Assembly (NCBI RefSeq): GCF_963921235.1
Contig: NC_086108.1
Location: 84,136,001-84,200,000, forward strand
Length of the DNA: 64,000 nucleotides
Source: Mobula hypostoma
Lineage: Eukaryota
Direction of reading: 5' to 3'
The notes beneath the pieces were generated by a model that worked only from the letters and a program-made list of their open reading frames with translations, had not been told where the DNA came from and did not search any database. This document shows, piece by piece, positions 52,870 to 64,000 of the stretch. The position numbers were made by a program, and so were the translations under genes. Every line of letters begins with the position of its first letter. Within the stretch, counting starts at the first letter, position 1.

Positions 52870-54830
52870 CAAATTTATCATTAACCAGTGGCTAGCAGGA
52901 GAAGTTAAAGATCATATTGCATCAAAGGAAAAGGCTTTTAAAATTACAAAAGAGCTGGAAGCCCTTTGGGAAAATTTCGGAACTCAGCAAAAGGAGGAGA
53001 AAACAAATATAGAAATAAATGTGAAGTGTATGAACAGAATATAAGAATCTCCTCAAATATGTAAATGGGAGAATGAAGCAAAGATTAATATGGATTCCTT
53101 TTCAGCTGAGGTAAAAGAAATTTTTATTGGGGAATGGTGAAATGAAAGAAAAATTGAACAAATACTTTGTATCTGCCTACACCAGATAGGAAAACCCTCC
53201 AGGAAATGGTGGGAGACAAATGAGCTCAAAGAAATAAGTATTGGTGAACAGTTAGTACTGGAGAAATGTGTGACAGAAAGGTAATAAATCCTCAGGACTA
53301 CTTAACCTACAATCAATGGTATGAGCTGGCAATTCTACAACTCCATAGATTCTAGAACATCTCCAACATATTAAAGATTCAAAGTACATTTATTATCAAA
53401 GAATGTATAAATTATACAACCTTTAAGATTTGCTTACAGGCAGCTGCAAAGCAAGAAATGTGAAAGAACCCAATTAAAAAAATAAAGACCAACTCCCAAT
53501 ATGCACAGGGCAAGAGTGCTAACAATAGAAGTGAGCAACAAAAACAGCAGCAGTAGCGGTCCAAATCCTGGGAGTAGCCTAGAGTAGGCGCAAAGCCTCA
53601 GTATTCAGTTCATCATATTAAATGATTATGAACCAATTAGCCAGACTAGGTAAAATGCAGGGATTGGGCGAGTCAATATGAATTTAAGAAAGGAAAGTAA
53701 TTTCCGATGAATTTGTTAGCCTTTTGTTGAGGTTTTATTGAGATAAGATTGCAGCAATTGATACTGTGAATTTAGACTGCAATAGGTGCCACATAAACTA
53801 TTATTAACTGAATTAGAATGCATGACAATGGAGGTAACACATATTGGTATGAATTAAGCAGTGGTTAATGTACAAAAAAAGAGTAGGAATAAACTAGTCA
53901 CTTTCATTTGGGAAGCTGTGACCACTAGGCTTCTTCAGGGATCAGAGCTTGGCCCCAGCTGTTTGCAATCCTTGTCAATGATGTGGATGAAGAGAATAAA
54001 TGATATATATTCATGTTTGCTGACAAAACAAAACTGGATGGCAGTATGGGCCAGAGGACGATGCAGAGGGGTTATATACAGGTTAAGTGAATGGATGAGG
54101 ACATGACTTATGAGATATATTGTGAAAAAATACAAGGTCATTTACATTCATAGGATAAAATAAGAAGGCAAAATATTTTTTTTAATGTTAAGGTGTTGAC
54201 ATTAAGATGGAGCGTGTGTCCTTGCAAATGAATCACGGAAAGTTAGCATGCAGAGTTAGCAAGCAATTAGGAAGGCCAACGGGATGATATATTCAAGTTC
54301 TCTTGCTATAGGAGGAGAGTAGAGGTGTTTAAGCACAAAAAACACTGATGACACCACATCTGGAATATTGCACACTGTCTAGACTCCCTAGCTAAGGAAG
54401 TTCAACAGATTGATTACTGGGATGGCAGGTTTGTCTTATGAGGGAAGATTTAACACACTGGACCTCTACTCTCTGGAGTTTAAGTAAAATGAAAGGCTAT
54501 CTCATTGAAAAATGCAATATTTGTCAGGAGCCTGACAGCAAAGATCTAAAGTTGAGGTTTCTTCAAGATTTCTCGTTGCAGCGTCTAGAGGGTGGCCATT
54601 CATGACTGAGCTGAGAAAAATTCCTTCATCCAGAAGGAAATGAATCTTTGGAATTTTCTGCCTGAGATGGCTTTGGAGGCACGGTCACTGAGTTACACTC
54701 AAAATGGAGATTAATAGATCTTTAAATATTAAAGGAATCAAGGAATATAAAATTTGAGTTACAAAATCAACCATGGTCTTATACTATGTCAGAATAAGAA
54801 TCAGAGGCCAAATTACACTGCAGTTTCTAT
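52870..54830 (+). mobile_element. Old CR1 ORF2 remnant with a LINE-tail insert at about 53375-53620
   Basis: LLQGSELGP RT remnant and a CR1-like 3' region. Confidence 0.7.
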
Positions 54831-54963
54831 TTAAAGTCATAGAGTCATAGAAAATTACAGAAGAGAAGCAAGCCCTTCAGCCTATCCAGTCCATGCTGAA
54901 CCATTTAAACTGCCTACTCCCATCGACCTGCCTTCATATGCCTCCCATCCATGTACCTATATA

Positions 54964-56535
54964 CAGGTGTCCCCCGCTTTTCCAACGTTCGCTTTACAAA
55001 ACCTCACTGTTACGAAAGACCTATATCGGTTCCCTGTTTTCTCTAACAGAAGGTATTTTCACTGTTACGAAGAAAGGCAGCACGCGGAAAAAGGCAGTGC
55101 ACGAAAGAAAAGGCAGCATGCACCCCAAGCAGCCGCTCTCCCCCGGATTCGGAACAGCATTCTCGCCGACATTGCTTTAACACATGCCTGTGAGCAGCCG
55201 TTAGCAAGATGAGTTCTAAGGTATCGAAAAAGGCTAAAAGAACTTGTAAGGGTGTTACACTTAGCGTAAAACTAGACATAATCAAGCATTTCGATCATGG
55301 TGAACCAAGTAAGGACAAAGTGAGTTTGGCTTGTGGAACTTGACGAAGATGATGTTGAAGAGGTTTTGGCATCCCATGACCAAGAACTGATAGATGAAGA
55401 GCTGATGCAATTGGAAGAGGAAAGGATAACAATCGAAACCGAATGAGTAATGATAAAGTACAACTTTAATTTTGAAAGGGTACATTGGCTTAGGGCATAT
55501 TTGCAAGATGGTTTGAGTCCTTACAAAGAACTGTATGATAGAAAAATGCGCGAGGCTCAGCAGTCAAGCATACTGTCGTTTTTCAAGACTTCCACATCAG
55601 ACACAGCAGACGACGAACCTCGACCTTCGACATCGAGGCAGGCAGACATAGAAGATGACCTGCTTGCCCTGATGGAAACAGACAATACCCCAGTGTCTCA
55701 CCACCCCAACCCCCAGGCCGCGGACAGATACCAATTCGCGGAGAATGCAGCGGTAGCCGGGAGGCATCCAGCACATCTTTAAGAAAAAAGTCGAAATAAA
55801 CATACTAATTAATTAGGTGCCGCCTGGCACATAAATGTCGGCCCAGATCAGAGGTGATGCAATCGGCAATCGCCTCTGATCTGGGCCGACATTTACGTGC
55901 CAGGCGGCACCTAATTAATTAGCTTGTTTATTTCGGCTTTTCTCTTAAAGATGTGCTGGGTGCCTCCCGGCTACCGCTGCACCCCTGCATGCTTCGCAGA
56001 TCGGTATCGGTTTGCTGCCCGGAGGGTGAGGGCCACTGCACCACCCAACCTCTGACGACTCAGCTGAACACACCATCATCAGTGTGCTCAATGTCTTCCC
56101 AATTCCCGTAAGTGATACTACACTGTACATACATTATTTCTACTTTATATATGCTGTGTATTTTTACGTGTTATTTGGTATGATTTGGCAGCTTCATAAC
56201 TTAGTTACTGGAGAGCGCTTGCGCCGTGTTTTTGGCGAGAGCGCATGCCTGAGATTTTCGCTACGGAGAACAGTTCAGGCAATGATTGTAGAAAAGTATT
56301 TCTACTTTATATAGGCTGTGTATTTATCAGATCATTCCTGCTTTTACTATATGGTACTGTTATTTTAGGTTTTACGTGTTATTTGGCATGATTTTGTAGG
56401 TTATTTTTTGGGTCTGCGAACGCTCGCAAAATTTTCCCATATAAATAAATGGTAATTGCCTCTTCACTTTACAACATTCCAGCTTACGAACCATTTCATA
56501 GGAATGCTCTACCTTCGGATGGCGGGGGAAACCTG
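54964..56535 (+). mobile_element. Non-autonomous Tigger/pogo element, 1572 bp, with a large internal palindrome
   Basis: TA|caggtgtcccccgc...gcgggggaaacctg|TA. ATG at 55209 gives MSSKVSKKAKRTCKGVTLSVKLDIIKHFDHGE (CENP-B-type HTH), joined to a C-terminal YKELY...QSSILSFFK. The DDE domain is deleted. Confidence 0.88.
55746..55981. repeat. Inverted repeat with arms of about 115 bp and a very short spacer
   Basis: tgcagcggtagccgggaggca...cagatcagagg and cctctgatctg...tgcctcccggctaccgctgca. The ORF track shows AAVAGRHPAHL on both strands. Confidence 0.95.
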
Positions 56536-59500
56536 TAAACTTCTTTTGAATGTTAAAATCGAAATCGCATCCACCACTTGCACTGGGAGCTCATTCCAAA
56601 CTCTCACCATCCTCTAAGTGAAGATGCTTCCCCTCATGTTACCCCTTAAATATTTCACCTTTCACTCTTAACCCTTAACCCATGATCTCTAGTTGTAGTC
56701 TTACCGAACCTCAGTGCAAAAAGCCTGCTTGCATTTACCCTATCTATATCCCTCATAATTTTGTATACCTCTATTAAATCTCCTCTCAGTCTCCTACATT
56801 CTGGGAAATAAAGTACTAACCTATTCAATCTTTCTTAAAACTTAGGTCCTCCAGTACCAGCAACATCCTTGTAAATTTTCTCTGCACTCTTTCAATCTTA
56901 TTTACATCTTCCCTGTAGGTAGGTGACCAAAATGGCGCACACTATTCCAAATTAGGGCTCACCAATGTCTTAACTTCAACTTAACATCCCAACTCCTGTA
57001 CTCAATTTTATGATTTATGAAGACCACTGTGCTTTCTTACTGACCTATAACCCTCTGATGCCATTTTCAATGAATTATTGACCTTTTTACCAAGGTTACT
57101 TTGTCCTACAACACTCCTTAGTATCCTACTGCTCATTGTGTAAGAGCTTCCATGGATGGTCCTCCCAAAGTGTAAAACCTCATACCTGTCTGCATTAAAT
57201 TCCATCTGCCATTTTTCAGTCCATTTTTCCTGCTGTTCCAGATCCCACTGCAAGCTTTCATAGTCTTCCTCACTGTCCACTATACCACCAATCGTTGTGT
57301 ATTCCTCGAATTTGCTAACCCAGTTAATCTTATTATCATTCAGTTCATTGATACAGATGACAAACAACAACGGACCTAGCAACCTGCAGTAATTCACTAC
57401 TCACAAGCCTCCAGTCAGAGAGGCAACCATCAACTATCACTCTCTGGCTTCTCCCGCAATGCTAACGTCTAATCCAATTTCCTACCTCAGCTTGAATGCC
57501 AAGCGATTGAACCATCTTGACCAACCTCCCATGCAGAACCTTGTCAAGTGCCTTGCTGAAGTCCATGTAGACAACATCCAACTGCACTGCATTCATTAGT
57601 TTTCCTCGTAACATCCTCGAAAAACTATAGAAGATTGATTAGTCATGACCTACCATGCACAAAGCCATGCTGATTATCCCTAATTGATCTCTGCCTCTCC
57701 AAATACTCATATACCCAGTCTCTTAGAATACCTTCTAATAACTTTCCCACTACCAATGTCAGGCTCACTGGCCTATAATTTTCTGCTTTATTCTTACAGC
57801 CTTTCTTAAACTGTGGAACAACATCAGCTATCCTCCAATCCTCCAATACCTCATGAACTACTAAGGATGATTTAAGTACCTCTGCCAGGGCCCTGGCAAT
57901 TTCTGCAATTGCCTCCCACAAGGTCCGAAGGAGCACAATGTCGGGCCCTGGGGATTTGTCCACACTGATTTGTCTCAAGTCAGCAAACAACTCCTATGTA
58001 ATTTGTATAGGATCTATGACCTTGATGCTGGTTTGCCTCACTTCTATAGACTCCTGAGTAAATACAGATGCAAAAAAAATTCATTTAAGATCTCCCCACC
58101 TTTATTGGCTTCACACACAGATTACCATTCTGATCTTCCAGAAGACCAATTTTGTCCCTTTTGCTCTTAACGTATCACTTGAAAACCTTAGATTCTCTTT
58201 AAACTTGTCTATTAGGGCAAACTCATGCCTCCTTTGAGCCGTCCTAATTTCTGTCTTAAGTGTTTTCTTGCATTTCTTATACTCCTTAAGTACCTCATTT
58301 GTTCTTACCTGCCTATACCCACCATGAATCTACTTTTTTCTTAACCAGGGCCTCAATATCTCTCGAAAACCAAAACCTGTTATCCTTGCCTTTTTTCTGA
58401 CAGGCACATACAAGCTTTGTATTCTAAAAATCTCACTTTTGTAGGCCTCCCACTTACTGAGCACTTTTACCAGCAAACTGCCTGATCCACTTGCCAGATC
58501 CTTTCTGATACGATCAAAATTGGCATTTCTCCAATTTAGAATCTCACCCCGAGAACAGACCTATTTTTTCCACAATTACCTTGAAACTAGTGGCATTATG
58601 ATCACTAGGTAGAAAGTGTTCCCCTACACAAACTTCTGTCACCTGCCCTGTCTCATTCCCTAATAACAGATCAAGTATTACACACTCTCTCTTGGGACTT
58701 CTGCATACTGATTACGGAAACTTTCCTGAACACCTTTGAGAAGCTCAATCCTATCTATTATGGGAGTCCCAGTCAATGTGTGGAAAGTTAAAATCACCTA
58801 CATCACAACCTTCTGCAACAATCTGCAATCTTTCAACAAATTTGTTCCTCTAAATCCAGTGGACTATTGGGCGATCTTTAATATAGTTCCATTAACATGG
58901 GCATATCTTCCTTATTCCTCAGTTCCACTTATAAAGTCTCACTAGATGAGTTCTCCAGTCTGTCCTAACTGAGCACTGCCGTGGCATTTTCTCTAACTAG
59001 TAACGTCACCCCATCCCTCTTCATCCCTCCCACTCTATCACGTCTAAAACAATGTTACTATTGAGCTGCCAGTCCTACCCCTCCTGCAACCAAGTCTCAC
59101 TAATGGCTGCAATGTCATAATTCCATGTGTTGATCCATGACCTGAGCTCATCTGCCTTTCCTACAATACTTCTTGTATTGAAATATACACAAATCAGAAC
59201 ACAAGATCCACCACACTGAACTTTTTGCTTCCTGACTTTGTATAAGGTCTTAACAACATCTGTCTCTGCAACCTTCCCACTATCTGTTCTGGCACTCTGA
59301 TTCCCATCCCTCTGCAACTCTAGTTCAACACCCACCCCCATCCCCACTGTTTCCCAAACAGTACTAACAAACTTTCTTATAATTCACTGAATGTATCCAA
59401 CATCAAGCTGATGATTATCATTTGCTATTAAATCATTAAGTATTTTCGTTGCTGATCTGAGCTATTCTACAATTGATTCCACATTGACCACATGATACAT

Positions 59501-60356
59501 ACACTGGATGATCTCCAAAATGTGGTTCACTGCATGATTTTGAAATCGGACTGAATGAAGTTTGAAGTGACATTCATTGTTCATCTAGGGTAAGCCTGCA
59601 AGGTAAATCAGCTGTCCCAAAGTCTATTGTGGTCAGGGGTAATTGATTAAGTAGTACAACATGTGTGACAATCAACATTAACAATAAATTTTAAAGTACG
59701 CTTTTTCAAGTGAAAACCATAATGTGCACTCTCAGGGTCCTATTCATTTACATATAATTTACAATATGGTCGGTCATAAGTGGACAATGAATAGAGGAGA
59801 GAAAGCAAAAAAATGATAGATAATTTTCAAGAAGTAACAACCTACATAGCAATTTAGTGTGATTAAAGCAATGATAGCCAAAAGGTGCAATGGAAACTGT
59901 CATAATGTAGTCATGGAAGAAAGCGGTGCATTCAAATGTATATAGTTACAGAAGTGAGGAGCTTTGATGGGATTTAAGCAGATAATGATACAGATGGTAA
60001 TTTAAAAGTTAATTCTCTGAACAAAAACAGCCCTCACAGTTTTGCAAGGATAGGGGTAGAGGGTGTAATACAGGTGGAAAAACAACGACTGCATCCTCAA
60101 TGAATAATCATTTCAAGGATGCATTTTAGCTTTTTCCATGAACATTACTAAAAGCTTTGTGAGATATCCATCATTTCTCAATATAACAAAAAAAAAACAG
60201 ATTAAAGAATAATGCAGCCATGAGCCCCTAATCATCCATTTCCCTTTATGTTTATAGTTATCTTGAAATAGCGGAATTTCAACTTCATAAACACAAGTCT
60301 CAGAATGCCACTTTCAAAATTACAATGAGTTGTACAATTCTGACATTGTACAAAGA

Positions 60357-62947
60357 CAGTGCCTTGAAAAAGTATTCAGCCCCACAACTATTTTCACATT
60401 TTACTGTCTCAATTTCTAAATTTAAAATATATTGAAGTAGGATTTTTTTGAGCTAAACTATAAAACATTGTGTATCATGTCAAATCAGAAGAAAAATTCC
60501 AAAACCTGACCACAATTTATTAAATATTAAAAAAACAAATTGTGAGGCAGGAAAAGTATTCATCCCCTTTGTAATTACTACACTAACTTTCCTCAAGTGC
60601 AGTATTGTAAATTACCTTACCAACTCAGCCAATTTGCTGATGTATAAAATTAGAGGACCACTCTCTCTGCAAAGTCCAACGGTGTGGGAGATTTTCAACA
60701 GAGCAAACCAAAATGAAGACAAAAGAGCATTCAAGGCAAGTCAGGGAAATTATATTAGAGAAGCACACATCTGGAGAAGGGTACAAGATCATCTCAAAGG
60801 CACTGAACATACCTTGGAGCTCAGAGCAGTCCATCATGAAAAAGTGGAAAAAATATGAAACCACAGCCATACTGCCTAGGTCAGGCTGCCCCTCAAAACT
60901 TAGTTGCCGGAGAAGAATGGGACTCGTAAGAGAGGCAACTGTGATGCCAACAATCATTCTGAGTGAGCCGCAAAAGTCAGTGGATGCAAATGGAGATGAA
61001 ATTGATAGCTCCACAATCTCTAAGGCCTTGCACAAAAAATGGTATTTGTGGAGGAGTAGCAAGGAAGAAGCTCTGGCTTAAAAAATGCATATCCTTGCCC
61101 ATAAGGACTTTGCAAAGTCTGACTATGCTGATATTGTGAAGATGTGGAAGAAGGTCTTGTGGTCAGATAAGACTAAAGTGTAACTTTTTGGCCTCAACCC
61201 TATGTGGTATGTCTGGTATAAACCTTATAGCTTTCAAGAGCAGGGACTAGAAATCTGCTCTGGATTGATAGGAAGATGAATGGTGCTAAATACAGAGAGA
61301 CTGGAAGTGCAGATTGGAAGCAGCATCTCCAACACCATCGCACTGAGCATGGGGCCCCTCCAGGGCTGTGTGCTCAGTCCACTGCTGTTCACTCTGCTGA
61401 CCCACGCCTGTGCAGCAATACACAGCTCCAACCACATCATCAAGTTCGCCAATGATACGACCGTGGTGGGTCAAGAACGATGAGTCAGCATACAGAGAGG
61501 AGGTGCAGCGGCTAACGGACTGGTGCAGAGCCAACAACCTGTCTCTGAATGTGAACAAAACAAAATAGATGGTTGTTGACTTCAGAAGGACACGGAACGA
61601 CCACCTTCCGCTTAACATCGATGACTCCTCCGTAGAGATCGTTAAGAGCACTAAATTTCTTGGTGTTCACCTGGCGGAGAATCTCACCTGCTCCCTCAAC
61701 ACCAGCTCCATAGCAAAGAAAGCCCAGCAGCGTCTCTACTTTCTGCGAAGGCTGAGAAAAGTCCATCTCCCACCCACCGTCCTCACCACATTCTACAAAG
61801 GATGTATTGAGAGCATCCTGAGCAGCTGCATCACTGCCTGGTTCAGAAATTGCAACATCTTGGATCGCAAGACCCTGCAGCAGATAGTGAGGTCAGCTGA
61901 CAAGATCATTGGGGTCTCTCTTCCTGCCATTACAGATATTTACACCACACTCCACATCCGTAAAGCAAACAGCAATATGAAGGACCTCACACACCCCTCA
62001 TACAAACTCTTCTCCCTCCTGCCATCTGGCAAAAGGCACGGAAGTATTCAGGCTCTCACGACCAGACTATGTAACAGTTTCTTCCCACAAGCCATCAGAC
62101 TCCTCAATGCCCAGAGCCTGGACTGACACCAACCTACTGCCCTCTACTACGCATATTGTCTTGTTTATTATTTATTGTAATGCCTGCACTGTTTTATGCA
62201 CTTTATGCAGTCCTGGGTAGGTTTGTAGTCTCGTGTAGTTTTTATGTTGTTTTACATAGTTCAGTGTAGTTTTTGTATTGTTCATGTAGCACCATGGTCC
62301 TGAAAAACATTTCGTTTTTACTGTGTGCTGTACCAGCAGTTATGGTCGAAATGACAATAAAAAGTGACTTGACTTGATACCTTGGATTAAAAACCTGCTA
62401 GCCTCTGCCAGAAAGCTTAACCAGGGGAGCAAGTTCATCTTTCAGCAGGACATCAACCCAAAGCATACTGCCAGAACAACCATGGAGTGGCTTCAAATGA
62501 AGAAAATTGATGTCCTTGAGAGGCCCAGTCAGAATCCTGACCTTAACCTGATCGAACATCTCTGGCAAGACCTCAAGATCACTACTCGTCAACAAATCTG
62601 GCACAGATTGAGCAATTCTGCAAGATGGCAAATCTTGCTCCATCACAGTATACAAAGCTAATAGAGACTTATCCAAAATGACTACTAACTGTAAGAGCTG
62701 TGAGAGGTGGTTCAACCAAGTACTGAGCAAAGGGGGATGATTACTTTTGAACTGCTGACATTTCAGTTTTTGAATTTTTAGCTTCTCATGATTTTCAATT
62801 TTCTCTATTTTGAGCTCTTCTGTGAAAAAAGGAGCACAAGTAAATTCACAAATAAAAATTCTCAGTTAAATTGATCAAGATCCCTAGTTGTAACACTCAT
62901 TTATGTGAACGAAGTGTTGGAGGAATTAATACTTTAACAAGGCACTG
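60357..62947 (+). mobile_element. Tc1 element, degraded, interrupted by a Rex1-like LINE
   Basis: cagtgccttgaaaaagtattc...aatactttaacaaggcactg|TA. MKTKEHSRQVRE at 60713; FQQDINPKH...SQNPDLNLIEHLW. Confidence 0.92.
61301..62377 (+). mobile_element. 5'-truncated Rex1/Babar-like LINE
   Basis: QGCVLSPLLFTL, KFANDTTVVG, KKAQQRLYFLRRLRK, NSFFPQAIRLLN. Tail aataaaaagtgacttgacttga. Confidence 0.9.
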
Positions 62948-63323
62948 TAAATATTTATTGCCACATTGGAGAATTTCGAAGATAATGGGGAATGAACTTA
63001 ATACATCTAGGGAACAATATCCAATGTTTAATGACAAACCACCTCTCTCAAATTGATGCCAGGCTGACAATGCCTTATTTCTTTAACAGGGCAACTGTTC
63101 AATATACATGGATTTTGAGCAGACTTGTCGATTTGAGAGGAAAAAAATCCATGCGTTGAGATTAAACTGACAGCATACAGGATTAAAGTCCCAGCGGCTT
63201 GCAATCAGCAACAATTTTACAAAATATATAAAGCTGTGTGAATTTTAATACCCTAAGCCTGAACACAATTTTCACAATTTCTCCTTTCCTTCCTATGTCT
63301 TTGTAACATTGCAGTGTACTTAC

Positions 63324-63387
63324 CTATCCAGATATGAAGTCAAAGTGTACTGTTTTGTAACCCCCAGTATTTTCTGTATAACTGCTT
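63324..63387 (-). CDS. ST3GAL3: ST3GAL3-type sialyltransferase internal exon, 64 bp
   Basis: Acceptor ttgtttcttgcag| and donor |gtaagt. Reads (E)AVIQKILGVTKQYTLTSYLD(S), resembling the ST3Gal III segment before sialylmotif L. The phase-2 end AG joins the first T of the next exon to give Ser. Confidence 0.85.
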
Positions 63388-64000
63388 CTGCAAGAAACAA
63401 AAATAACAAAAAGAACACTTAGAATCAAGAACACTACAGCACAGAAAACAGGCCATTCGGCCCTTCTAGTCTGTGCCAAAAATAATCAAATAAGAAATAA
63501 AAAATATGGTCCACTGCTATTGCTTTCTTCTCACTGCTGCATATCTTTTCATTTTAGCTTAAACATCAAAAGCTGGTGAATCATATTTCACACTTCATTC
63601 ACTGTAAAGTACAAGAAATTTTCTGCAATGCATTAATGATTAGACAACACTGCTGTGTCTTTGATAAAAATATATAAGTCAATGTTGTACACAAGTCTAA
63701 AATAACGAATGCATAAAACCAGAATTTGATTGAAGTACTCAGCAACTCAGGTCACATCTGTGGAAGAGAAACACAGAGTCAATATTTCAGTTTAAAGACC
63801 TTATCAGAAAGAGTTGGCTTTAGAGATGTGGATACAATCTTCCAAAGTTCCATCACACCTGGAGTTGTTCCTGTGGATGGGTTATTCCTCCAATATTTGA
63901 CTGTCGTTTTCAGAAGGCAAATTACTGCAGCTGGTGTTCAGTTATATTCTGAGAAACTTCTATCACTGGATTGAGAATGACTTGCTTCCATTCCAGTTCT

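Larger units (their letters stand above)
54836..59335 (-). mobile_element. CR1 LINE spanning all of ORF2, degraded, with a Tigger element inserted near its 3' end
   Basis: CVYFNTRSIVGKADELRSWINTWNYDIAAISETWLQEG (endonuclease start), DKSPGPD...NYRPVSLT...QHGF, LGPLLFVICIN. Tail gtcatagagtcatag. Confidence 0.9.

Noticed and set aside
61280..61483. Tc1-RT fusion ORF as a novel chimeric protein
   Set aside because: It is the junction of a truncated LINE inserted in a dead Tc1, and both parts carry stops or frameshifts.

Overview
Vertebrate intronic DNA, most likely from a cartilaginous fish such as a ray (inferred from the repeat families, not proven). The only host gene I can support is a minus-strand ST3GAL3-type alpha-2,3-sialyltransferase. 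Three GT-AG exons of 64, 96 and 187 bp splice in frame and encode sialylmotif L. They are separated by introns of 13.3 and 17.9 kb, and the next intron is over 31.8 kb, since I found no further exon. The introns are full of nested transposons: CR1 and Rex1/Babar-like LINEs, five Tc1 elements, two Tigger/pogo derivatives, a solo LTR, SINEs, a hAT MITE and many Penelope-like element (PLE) ends. The most notable hidden signal is a minimal type-I hammerhead ribozyme motif (AGTC-CTGANGA-stem II-GAAA-CGTC/GACT) in the PLE ends. Three copies are intact, two of them sense in the ST3GAL3 pre-mRNA, and two loci are TSD-flanked inverted or tandem cassettes. PLE hammerheads are a known class; their layout and possible action inside this gene are inference. 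I found no new protein-coding system.
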